A stretch of DNA of 59,002 bases from assembly GCA_015522685.1 (NCBI GenBank), contig WALU01000016.1:1-59002 (forward strand), read 5' to 3'. This document shows positions 1-8,592 of the stretch, piece after piece. The DNA is from Thermoproteota archaeon (GTDB lineage: Archaea > Korarchaeota > Korarchaeia > Korarchaeales > Korarchaeaceae). Below the pieces are notes generated by a model. It ran no database searches, was not told where the DNA came from, and saw only the letters and a list, made by a program, of their open reading frames with translations. Made by a program: the position numbers and the translations under genes. Within the stretch, counting starts at the first letter, position 1. Every line of letters starts with the position of its first letter.

Positions 1-939
1 AACCTAACAAGAATCACTCACATATATTCCAAAGAAGGAACATACGCAGTTAAAGTGAGAGTGCAGGATAACAAGGGAGCTTTCTCGGATTATGCAACAG
101 AAGATATATTTGTTAGTCTGGAGAGTAAGCCTAAGCCCAAGAATAAGCCTCCAGTGATTTATTCGGTTAAGTACACTCCAAAAGAGCCCAGCGTGGGTAG
201 CACAGTATATTTCAGAGCTACAGCTATGGATCCAGAAGGAGACAGGATATCATTTGAGTGGAATTTCGGTGATGGTACTATCCAGGAAGGAGGTGCTCAA
301 GTATCTCATATCTATAAAAAAGAAGGTGCTTTTACAGTGAAGATCAGAGCAATAGATTCTAAAGGAACTTCTCCTCCATATTATACCCTAAGTATAGCAG
401 TTAAGGGAAACAAGAGTCCTCAAGCATCCATAATCGAAGTAAGGACACTAGATAATAAGACATTTATCTTCCAAGGAATGGGGGTAGATCCAGATGGTCA
501 AGTAGTAGCTTACTATTGGGACTTTGGTGATGGAAAAGAGATAAGTGGATCACTCAAGGGTAATTCCATCCCTCATAATCCTCTGAATCATACCTATACA
601 AAGAGCGGAAACTATACTGTCAAGTTTAAGGTAAAGGATGATAAGGGCGCATGGTCTTCTTGGGTTTCTAAAGAGGTTAGAGTTCTGGTACCAGAAAAAG
701 TCAATTCTGCTAATTTGGGTGGGTTAAATTACAGCGATATTGGTATAGCTATTGGTATTGGAATGTCTATAGTCTTAGCTGCTGGATACATGGCATACAG
801 AGAGTCTAAAGGCAACGCGTTCATAGAGAGATCTAAAAGAAGGAAGAGATTTGTAGTTAAAAGGCCTAAATACGAAAAGAGCAGCAGAAGTAAGTTAAAT
901 AACATGAGGAAAGAGAGAAAGAAAAGGCCGTGGCCCTAA
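1..939 (+). CDS. PKD-domain surface protein with C-terminal membrane anchor (5' partial)
   Basis: Frame is open from base 1. Repeated PKD motifs (WNFGDG, WDFGDG, H-x-Y-x-x-x-G-x-Y/F-x-V), then a hydrophobic helix and a Lys/Arg-rich tail. Confidence 0.85.
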   Translation, partial: NLTRITHIYSKEGTYAVKVRVQDNKGAFSDYATEDIFVSLESKPKPKNKPPVIYSVKYTPKEPSVGSTVYFRATAMDPEGDRISFEWNFGDGTIQEGGAQVSHIYKKEGAFTVKIRAIDSKGTSPPYYTLSIAVKGNKSPQASIIEVRTLDNKTFIFQGMGVDPDGQVVAYYWDFGDGKEISGSLKGNSIPHNPLNHTYTKSGNYTVKFKVKDDKGAWSSWVSKEVRVLVPEKVNSANLGGLNYSDIGIAIGIGMSIVLAAGYMAYRESKGNAFIERSKRRKRFVVKRPKYEKSSRSKLNNMRKERKKRPWP

Positions 940-960
940 CTCAATATAAATCTTTTATTC

Positions 961-1515
961 TCATCTTTTCTTCCTATACTCCTTTACTAACTGTACTATC
1001 TTCCTAAAAGAGGGATGATCAGAACTGCCGATCATACTATATATCGCAAACTCTGATGTCACTATCTTTACTTCTTCCTTCGAAAGGCTATTAAGAGCTA
1101 CTTCCTTATCTTCCATAAAAGCGGATTCTGTTGCATCATATATCAAGTAGACATTGAAACCATAAGAGAGTGCGCTCAGAGCTGTTTGCATCACGCATAT
1201 ATGTGTCTCTATCCCGCTTAGGAGAACTTGTTTCCTGCCTAGGCCTAATAAGTATTCCTCTACCTTACCTTCTCTTAACGCATCAAAGGATCTCTTAGGA
1301 AACTTAATGTCATAATATACTTCTATCTCCTTTAATGTCCCTCCTAGATTCCTAGGTACCTGCTCTGTTCCGATTATCGGTACTCCTAACTCCTTTAAAG
1401 ATTTTTCAAGGAATATTATGGATTGAGCAACCTTATCGAATTCATGTATAGCGTTTCTGAAGTTCTCCTGCATATCGATCACTAATAAAACAGCATTAGA
1501 AGGATCTATCTTCAT
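961..1515 (-). CDS. Isochorismatase-family cysteine hydrolase
   Basis: LLVIDMQ, K-x-SF and GIETHICV motifs give the D-K-C triad. Start placed at ATG 1515, which overlaps the upstream stop (ATGA). Confidence 0.88.
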   Translation of the reverse strand: MKIDPSNAVLLVIDMQENFRNAIHEFDKVAQSIIFLEKSLKELGVPIIGTEQVPRNLGGTLKEIEVYYDIKFPKRSFDALREGKVEEYLLGLGRKQVLLSGIETHICVMQTALSALSYGFNVYLIYDATESAFMEDKEVALNSLSKEEVKIVTSEFAIYSMIGSSDHPSFRKIVQLVKEYRKKR

Positions 1516-2108
1516 GGTAATATTGCTTCTATGCATATGAAATTCGGAGAGACTTTATCTATTAATGTATGACATTCCCTCATTGGAAGCATATTAAGAG
1601 AGGTGAGAAGCTTTAGTACATCCTCTCTCATAAGGAAATTAGCTTTTGAATAAATAGGATCGCCTCTAACCCCTCTACGTGTATATTCGCTGCCTAACGG
1701 TGATCCACGTGGAATGAAACAAAGATACAGCCTACCTCTCCTACGAAGAACTCTCTTTACCTCCTTTAAAGCCTTAAGAGGATTATTAACAAAGCATAAA
1801 GTTACTACTATCAGTAGACACTTAAACGATGAATCTATAAAGGGCAGTTCCTCAGCCATGCCTCGAACAACCTCTATACCCCTTCTTCGAGCAATTAAGA
1901 GGGGAGAAAAAGCTGCATCTAACCCTATTTCTATATTAAGTGGGCCAGCAAATCTTCCAGTACCTACCCCCACTTCCAAACAAGGAGATTCTTTATTTCC
2001 TCCTATTAGCGAGCTTATACAAGAAAGTTCCATCTGATATATCTTTGAATTTCTATCATACCAGCTGTCATACTCCTCTGCCATTCCTTCAAAAATCTTC
2101 CAACTCAT
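1512..2108 (-). CDS. Class I SAM-dependent methyltransferase (type 11)
   Basis: LEVGVGTGRF motif I, AEELPF, and ALKEVKRVL. Confidence 0.9.
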   Translation of the reverse strand: MSWKIFEGMAEEYDSWYDRNSKIYQMELSCISSLIGGNKESPCLEVGVGTGRFAGPLNIEIGLDAAFSPLLIARRRGIEVVRGMAEELPFIDSSFKCLLIVVTLCFVNNPLKALKEVKRVLRRRGRLYLCFIPRGSPLGSEYTRRGVRGDPIYSKANFLMREDVLKLLTSLNMLPMRECHTLIDKVSPNFICIEAILP

Positions 2109-2376
2109 GGTGTAGCAAGCACCTCAGTAAATCTCTAACCTCATCCTTATCAGATAACCTATAGATTCTAACCCTCCCTAACTTAATTTCTTCAATTATA
2201 CCAGCCCTTCTAAGGGCCTCTAAATTATTTTCAGCTGAACTGTAAGAAAGATTAAGATTACGCGCTATTCTACTTATATTTATGCTCTTTGATTTCCAAA
2301 GAAGCTTGATTATCCTCAATCTAGCTTTACTAGAGAATGCTTCAACTAGAAAATCTTCCCAATTCAGTAGAATCAC
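2089..2376 (-). CDS. Winged-helix (ArsR-like) transcriptional regulator
   Basis: R-L-R-I-I-K-L-L helix, HTH (ISRIARNLNLSYS), L-x-x-AG-I-I, and a wing ending GRVRIYRL. Confidence 0.8.
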   Translation of the reverse strand: MILLNWEDFLVEAFSSKARLRIIKLLWKSKSINISRIARNLNLSYSSAENNLEALRRAGIIEEIKLGRVRIYRLSDKDEVRDLLRCLLHHELEDF

Positions 2377-3438
2377 CTAAGGTATGATCTCAGTGGTATT
2401 GTCATAGGGGGGATAGTAGAGTTCCTTCTTATTGATTATACCCTTCTCTATGAGTTTCTTAACCTTCTCTTCTGCCTTCAGGATATACCTTATAGTCTCT
2501 TTTGTTACATAACAGACCTCTTGAAATCCTTCTTCTCCCCAAAGTCTCTCCTTGTATGCATAGAGACATCTTCCACCACAGTATTTGAAGTACTTACAAC
2601 TCGTACAAGGCTCTCCTATCTCAACATGCCGTAATGATTGATCTGCCAAGTTACCTACATAGGCCCATGGACTGTCAACTGCTATAGGACAAGCTATAAT
2701 CTTACCATTGGGAAGAACCGTAAAGGTATCCTTTCCTGCTCCGCATGGGGGACTTCTCCATTCCCCAAAGAGTGCTACCTTCATTATACCCAAGAAAGGC
2801 ACAATACCCAGAACACAGCCTTTTTCCATCTCTTTCGCCCATAGAGAAACAAGTTTCTCTATACCAGGTAAATATGAATCTCTTGCCCATCTCATGAAAT
2901 TCCAATGTTCTGTCCATATCACATTAAGCTGCCAATGTACATGGTCAAATAGCCCTAAATTCAGTAAATGCGTGACATCTTGATAAACATCGCTCAGATA
3001 CCAAAGGGTCATTCTCGCAATAAGATCACCCTTATATTCTGCAGATCTAAGCATTTTTGCTGTTTTTAATACCGTCTTGTATACCCCTCCTCCTCTATAA
3101 TGATCATTTACATTCTCCCTCCCATCTATTGATAGTAATATAGAATCAAATCTTGACCAATAATCCAGAGGAAGATTTCTAAAGAGAGTTCCATTTGTCT
3201 GTATTATATAACGTCTATTATCACCAAGTTTATCCATGATTTTCATTATTAAACCTGGATTAAGTAGGGGCTCTCCTCCATAAAAGGCAACATCTGCTCT
3301 TAACTTCCTAATGAAATTGATGAGCATATCTAGATCGTAAGTTTCCCTTGCAGGTACTATTGCTGAGGGAAAACTTCCACCACAATATGAACAATTGAGA
3401 TTGCAGAGGCCTGTAGTTGTTACTATTACGAGAGTCAT
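2377..3438 (-). CDS. Radical SAM/SPASM-domain protein (AF0577/TIGR04084-like)
   Basis: CNLNCSYC, YGGEPLL and QTNG motifs; C-terminal SPASM cysteines (CGAG..., ACP, CTSC...CGGRC). Confidence 0.88.
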   Translation of the reverse strand: MTLVIVTTTGLCNLNCSYCGGSFPSAIVPARETYDLDMLINFIRKLRADVAFYGGEPLLNPGLIMKIMDKLGDNRRYIIQTNGTLFRNLPLDYWSRFDSILLSIDGRENVNDHYRGGGVYKTVLKTAKMLRSAEYKGDLIARMTLWYLSDVYQDVTHLLNLGLFDHVHWQLNVIWTEHWNFMRWARDSYLPGIEKLVSLWAKEMEKGCVLGIVPFLGIMKVALFGEWRSPPCGAGKDTFTVLPNGKIIACPIAVDSPWAYVGNLADQSLRHVEIGEPCTSCKYFKYCGGRCLYAYKERLWGEEGFQEVCYVTKETIRYILKAEEKVKKLIEKGIINKKELYYPPYDNTTEIIP

Positions 3439-3642
3439 CTTGCAACCATTTTTCCCACTAAAGCTTCATTAAAATAATTTCTGAGTAAAAGTGAACTATA
3501 AATCTTCTCTTTTTATAAAAAGCTTTGCTTTATACAAACTTCAATATAATCTTACTTAAAGGAATCTTTTATCGAAATAAAATATAAATATTAATTTAAT
3601 ATAGAAGGATAATTAACTATATGAAATTATTCTGTAGTAACA

Positions 3643-3650
3643 TTTAAATA
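3643..3650 (+). promoter_or_regulatory. Putative TATA box (TTTAAATA) upstream of the structured leader before mat
   Basis: Matches the archaeal TATA consensus in an AT-rich divergent intergenic region. Position only. Confidence 0.35.
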
Positions 3651-3824
3651 TGGCTTTTTGAAAAATATATACATGAAGAGGTAAAAGAGTGAGAACATGG
3701 TCCTTGGGGGGGGGATCAGACCTTAGTCTCCTCTTGAGGTAATCTTACCTCTCCTCAATTAGCTTCTTCTAGATCCTATGGAATGATTTATCAATTTTCT
3801 TGATGATCTCTCCCAGGTGATCTC

Positions 3825-5033
3825 ATGAGTTACCTCAAAGTTTCTAAATATAATAAGCTTCCAATGGATCTACAGCCAATTGAAATAGTGGAGAGAAAAG
3901 GGAGAGGGCATCCAGACACCATCACAGATGGTATAATGGAAAGAGTAGCCTTAGAACTCAATAAAGAGTATCTTAGGAAATTCGGTGGGATACTTCATTA
4001 CAATGCTGATAAATCACTCCTTGCAGCTGGTGCTACTAAGCCTCAATTTGGAGGTGGTAAGGTATTGGAACCAATGCTTATAGTGTTTGGCGATAGAGCA
4101 ACAACCTCCTTCGCTGGTGAAACCATAAATCTCGAGAACATTGTAGTAAATGCTGCAAAAGGATGGATAAGAGATAATCTGAGGTTTGTAAACCCAGATG
4201 AACATGTAAAATATCAAATAGAGCTCAAGCATGGAAGTGCTGAATTAACCGACATTTTCAGAAGAGAGAAAGGCCTTATGGGAGCTAATGATACATCCGC
4301 GGCTGTAGGATATGCGCCTCTATCAAGAACCGAAAGAATTGTTCTAGAGACAGAGAAATTCCTGAATTCCCATGGACTCAAGAAAGATTTTAAAGAGACA
4401 GGAGAAGATATCAAGGTTATGGGAAGCAGAAGTAATAATCACTTAGACCTAACCATAGCCCTAGCTTTTGTAGATCGCTTTATTTCGAATGAATCTGAAT
4501 ACTTTAGAAGTAAACAGGAGGTTCTTGAGAGATTAACTTCCTTTTTGAATGATAAATTTTCGAATGATTTTGAGAAAATTGATGTACACGTGAATACTCT
4601 TGATGCTAGAGGTAGGGGAGTCCAAGGAGTCTATCTGACCGTATTAGGCACCTCAGCTGAAGGTGGGGACTCGGGTCAGGTGGGAAGAGGAAATGGGGTG
4701 AATGGAGTAATCCCATTGATGAGGCCACGTAGTTCAGAAGCGGCAGCGGGTAAGAATCCGGTAAGTCATGTAGGTAAAATATACAATGCATATACCCATG
4801 AGATAGCAAAGAGGATAGTAGACGAGGTAGGTGAAGTCCAAGAAGTCTATGTGTGGCTTCTAAGCAAGATAGGATGGCCCATAGATAAGCCAGCTTTAGC
4901 GGCAGCAGAGGTTTACACAAGAGCTGATTTCTCTGAAATAAAGAAACAGGTAGAAGAGATAATAGGAGCAGAACTGGAGAATATGAGGGATTTTGTTAGT
5001 AGGTTGATAGATGGCATGGTAAAGGTTTACTGA
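3825..5033 (+). CDS. mat: Archaeal S-adenosylmethionine synthetase
   Basis: EIVERKGRGHPD, ANDTS, GEDIKVMG, GDSGQVGRGN and AGKNPVSHVGKIYN; GGTGA SD upstream. Confidence 0.96.
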   Translation: MSYLKVSKYNKLPMDLQPIEIVERKGRGHPDTITDGIMERVALELNKEYLRKFGGILHYNADKSLLAAGATKPQFGGGKVLEPMLIVFGDRATTSFAGETINLENIVVNAAKGWIRDNLRFVNPDEHVKYQIELKHGSAELTDIFRREKGLMGANDTSAAVGYAPLSRTERIVLETEKFLNSHGLKKDFKETGEDIKVMGSRSNNHLDLTIALAFVDRFISNESEYFRSKQEVLERLTSFLNDKFSNDFEKIDVHVNTLDARGRGVQGVYLTVLGTSAEGGDSGQVGRGNGVNGVIPLMRPRSSEAAAGKNPVSHVGKIYNAYTHEIAKRIVDEVGEVQEVYVWLLSKIGWPIDKPALAAAEVYTRADFSEIKKQVEEIIGAELENMRDFVSRLIDGMVKVY

Positions 5034-8000
5034 TCCTTAAGGGCGAGGAATGTGAGATAGATAGATCTGACCCTCTCCTCCAATATATCTTCAACTTTTT
5101 CTCTGAGATATCTCGTAGATCTCTGCCAATTCCAGCCTTTTTCCTCCTCTACTCGAATCATAGACCTCTTAGCCCTTACAATAGCTTCCTTCAATGGTCT
5201 ATTCATTTCCCACATACTTCGAGAGATCTCCTCTAAGGAAATTGGAGATATCCCCAAAAAACTCTCCACAATTGGCATCAGTTCGACCATTTTTCCTTCG
5301 GATTTCAGACCTTGAATGACGTAAATGAGAGCTTTCTGACCCAATAGACTGAGGTCTCTTAGTAAAGATTCAAAATCCCAGCAAACCAAGGTAAATCCAG
5401 AATTAACAGCATTTTCTATGATCTTTAGATCGAAGCCCTCAGCTTCATGAAACTCCTTTGAAATAGTCTTTGTTATCACATTTTCTCCATCATAAAGAGA
5501 AATTAATCCTAATACAATGGAATTAGAGAGAGGAACATCAGCAATATCTACGGATAGAATTTTATGATCCTTAGATGGCTTAGGAACTAAGAACCCCTTT
5601 CTCTTCAGTATCATAGGGATTCTCTGCCTCATCAGTATATATTCTACAGACCTTCTAGCAAATTTTTTCGCTAAATCCCATCTGAGGTCCGAAGTTACTA
5701 GCTTATAATGGGCTTGGCTATCTATTAGCATCATTAATATCTCTGAAAGATCATCAGGCTTGAAAGAGTCGATCTCTCTAGCTACCTCTACCCAATCTAG
5801 TTCTTTGATGAGTCCCGCTGCCTTCGGCTCATGAATCATCATGATCTTCTTATCTCCTATATTGGCGACATCATAGGCTAGAGCATCTATTGGAATGTTC
5901 ATGGCTACTTTGAGCACTAGCAATAAGGTGGCTAGGCCTATTCTAAGCCATGCCAGATCTTCATTAGGCTTTAACTCAACAGAGAGCCCATAGGTATAAT
6001 CTCTATATATCCCACCAGTAGGACCAATTACCGAGAGCGATTTACTTGCTCTAATGAAAAAAGTCTTACCTTTTATTGCAATTGGTCTTATCTTACCGGA
6101 GGTTATCCTCCAGTAAACCCTATTCGGAGTCTTCGTTCTTAAGCCAAATCCATCTGCCGGTGGATCAACAACACATAATACCTTACTTTCTAGCCTTCCT
6201 CTATAATAATCATCCACAAGATCGGCTCTTTCTCCCCAGTCGGTCTTAGTTTTTTCATATTCTTCTAAAACAAATGCTAATGGATCAAACGAATATATAG
6301 TAGAGTAGGAAAAGGGCTCTTCCAATATTCCCGTTATAATTCTTCCTCTTCTAAGGAAATCGGTTATTATTGAATCATTACTATAGTCAATGGATCCCGG
6401 CTGAAATCTCTCAACTAGATCACAGTGCCCTATATCCTCTAGATAGCGGAGGTTCTTCTTCTCCTTAAGGGCCCTCTTGAATCCATATGGAGGACCGAAT
6501 TCGTAAAAGTTGAGACTATCCCATACCCTCTTTCCTCTCCTCGTTAATGATCCATGAGAAATAAGACCAAGCTCCTTAAGTAAGTTAATCTCCTCCTCAG
6601 TAAGCTGATCCCTCAATTTAGGGTGAATAAACTTGTAAAGTCCCTCGAAAAGTACTGAATATCTATTTTTAGGATTAGCGAGAGCTATCTCCGGTGGAAA
6701 GCTCAACCATCTCTTTATAGTACTGGTTCCCCTAAGAAGAAGCTCCCTATCCCACCTATAAAGAGGAAACACTACTGTCTCAGTCCAGCCCAGTTCCTCC
6801 TTCCTTCCTTTTCTCCCCTCTCTCTGCCTAAACTCCCTAATGCTTTCAGGCAATCCTAGGTGAACTACCCTAACTACAGTTCCTATATCTAAACCTTGGG
6901 AGAGAGTCCTTGGGCTTATCAATATCTTTATACCTCCTTTTCTGGCAGCTTCCTCTATCTCCTCCCTTTCTTCCTTTGAAACTAGGTGGTGATGTGATGC
7001 AACATTTTCTAATCCGAATTCAGTCTTTAATCGTCTTTTAAGGCTCTCTGCTGATCTTATTCCTCTAGTGAAGACTAAGGTAACTCCATCATCTTCAGAA
7101 TAGTGACTTATTATCTCAGCCGGATCTAGCTCAGGTTGGGGTATATTAATCCCTGCAGATCGAAGAATTTCAACTATCCCATATATATGGCTCTCAAACT
7201 TCTTATAATTCTTAATAGCATCTCTTAAATCTTCTCCAATGGGAAGGCTAAGGAGCTCTTCCTTATGCTGCTGGACTATGTCCCATATCTTCCTGATGTT
7301 CTTCCCTAGTATCAGATATACATCGTTACGAACTCTGAACTGCCTTCCTCTTATTATCGCCGTTTCCCTACTATTTATAGAGGTTAAGCTACTTGCTAGG
7401 TCTTCAGGGTTGCCTAAGGTAGCTGTGAGTATAACAAACTGAGGAGATTTATCCATTAATAAGGGAATTATCCTTATCATGGATAGAAGCAGCGCTAACT
7501 CTCTTGGTCCATAAAAGTCGAATTCATCGATAACTAAGAGATCTACCTCCGCAAGGAAGTCAAATAAGTAGGATCCTTTAGTGGCTATTCTCTTCAAATC
7601 TGTCATTAAGAAGGCTGGATTCGTCACTAATAGGTCTAATTCAGAAATTTTTTCCTTGAGACGAGACCTACCTAGCTCCTTTATGAACTGGGTTCTCCTT
7701 CTTGCATCGATTACCCTAGATTTTAGATCTAGCGCCTTAGAATATTCTTCTAATCTCTTTATCTGATCACTAGCTAAAGCTAAGGTAGGATATATGACTA
7801 ATATCTTCTTTCCCCTGGAGGCGTAAAAGAACCAAGCCTCTGTCTTCCCGCTCCCTGTGCCAGATATAAGGACTAGATTCTTACCCTCTTCAAGGGATTT
7901 CAATGCCTCGGCTTGATGAGAGTAAAGCTTCATGCGAGAGATCTCTGCAGCCTTCCCTGGACGAGAGGAGATGAATGGAGATAGCTTTCTAAAAGTTAGG

Positions 8001-8092
8001 TTTATCCTATCAGGCCTTGCTCCTTCCTCTAAATAATGGTAATACTCATAGCCTAATATCTCCAGTAAAGTAGAAGTGGACACTCGGACCAA
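5027..8092 (-). CDS. Large SF2 helicase, Hrq/MrfA(YprA)-like, with a C-terminal RNase H-like region
   Basis: LYSHQ Q-motif, GTGSGKT, YPTLALASDQ, DEFD, TATLGNP, GLDIG and QREGRKGR. Confidence 0.85.
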   Translation of the reverse strand: MVRVSTSTLLEILGYEYYHYLEEGARPDRINLTFRKLSPFISSRPGKAAEISRMKLYSHQAEALKSLEEGKNLVLISGTGSGKTEAWFFYASRGKKILVIYPTLALASDQIKRLEEYSKALDLKSRVIDARRRTQFIKELGRSRLKEKISELDLLVTNPAFLMTDLKRIATKGSYLFDFLAEVDLLVIDEFDFYGPRELALLLSMIRIIPLLMDKSPQFVILTATLGNPEDLASSLTSINSRETAIIRGRQFRVRNDVYLILGKNIRKIWDIVQQHKEELLSLPIGEDLRDAIKNYKKFESHIYGIVEILRSAGINIPQPELDPAEIISHYSEDDGVTLVFTRGIRSAESLKRRLKTEFGLENVASHHHLVSKEEREEIEEAARKGGIKILISPRTLSQGLDIGTVVRVVHLGLPESIREFRQREGRKGRKEELGWTETVVFPLYRWDRELLLRGTSTIKRWLSFPPEIALANPKNRYSVLFEGLYKFIHPKLRDQLTEEEINLLKELGLISHGSLTRRGKRVWDSLNFYEFGPPYGFKRALKEKKNLRYLEDIGHCDLVERFQPGSIDYSNDSIITDFLRRGRIITGILEEPFSYSTIYSFDPLAFVLEEYEKTKTDWGERADLVDDYYRGRLESKVLCVVDPPADGFGLRTKTPNRVYWRITSGKIRPIAIKGKTFFIRASKSLSVIGPTGGIYRDYTYGLSVELKPNEDLAWLRIGLATLLLVLKVAMNIPIDALAYDVANIGDKKIMMIHEPKAAGLIKELDWVEVAREIDSFKPDDLSEILMMLIDSQAHYKLVTSDLRWDLAKKFARRSVEYILMRQRIPMILKRKGFLVPKPSKDHKILSVDIADVPLSNSIVLGLISLYDGENVITKTISKEFHEAEGFDLKIIENAVNSGFTLVCWDFESLLRDLSLLGQKALIYVIQGLKSEGKMVELMPIVESFLGISPISLEEISRSMWEMNRPLKEAIVRAKRSMIRVEEEKGWNWQRSTRYLREKVEDILEERVRSIYLTFLALKDQ

Positions 8093-8097
8093 GGGCT

Positions 8098-8559
8098 CTA
8101 CCTTCTAGGTATTCTCACCTCTAGAATGCCGTTCCTGTAAGTGGCCTTCGTTCTTTTAGGATCTATATCAATAGAGAGATGTAATCTCTTCATAAACTCA
8201 CCAGCCTTTATCGTTATATCTTTCCCCTTTACTCTAACGGAGATGTCATCTCTTCTCACGCCTGGAGCGTCCACCACTATTATTATTTCCTCATTCAGCT
8301 CAATAACATCTATCCCCTGCTCCTCTAGCTCCAAAGGAGCACCTCCCATCCCAACTCCAAATTCATCACCATTATTTAAGGGATAACCTGCTCCTATGCC
8401 GGGTTCATCCTTTGGAGGAGTATCATCATCCCAAGTAGTGACATCGCCATTTATGAATTTTGAGAGGTCATCATCCATCTTCTTAAGCAAATCAATCATA
8501 TCCCTTACAAAGTGATCAAAAGGATCATCATAAGGCTTTCTTTTCTTGTCCTCGTCCAA
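8098..8559 (-). CDS. Small heat shock protein Hsp20
   Basis: Alpha-crystallin domain: DAPGV-x-x-x-DI and ATYRNGILEV. Confidence 0.9.
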   Translation of the reverse strand: MDEDKKRKPYDDPFDHFVRDMIDLLKKMDDDLSKFINGDVTTWDDDTPPKDEPGIGAGYPLNNGDEFGVGMGGAPLELEEQGIDVIELNEEIIIVVDAPGVRRDDISVRVKGKDITIKAGEFMKRLHLSIDIDPKRTKATYRNGILEVRIPRR

Positions 8560-8592
8560 GGGATCCCCCTCTTACTATGTAGAAAGGACTAT

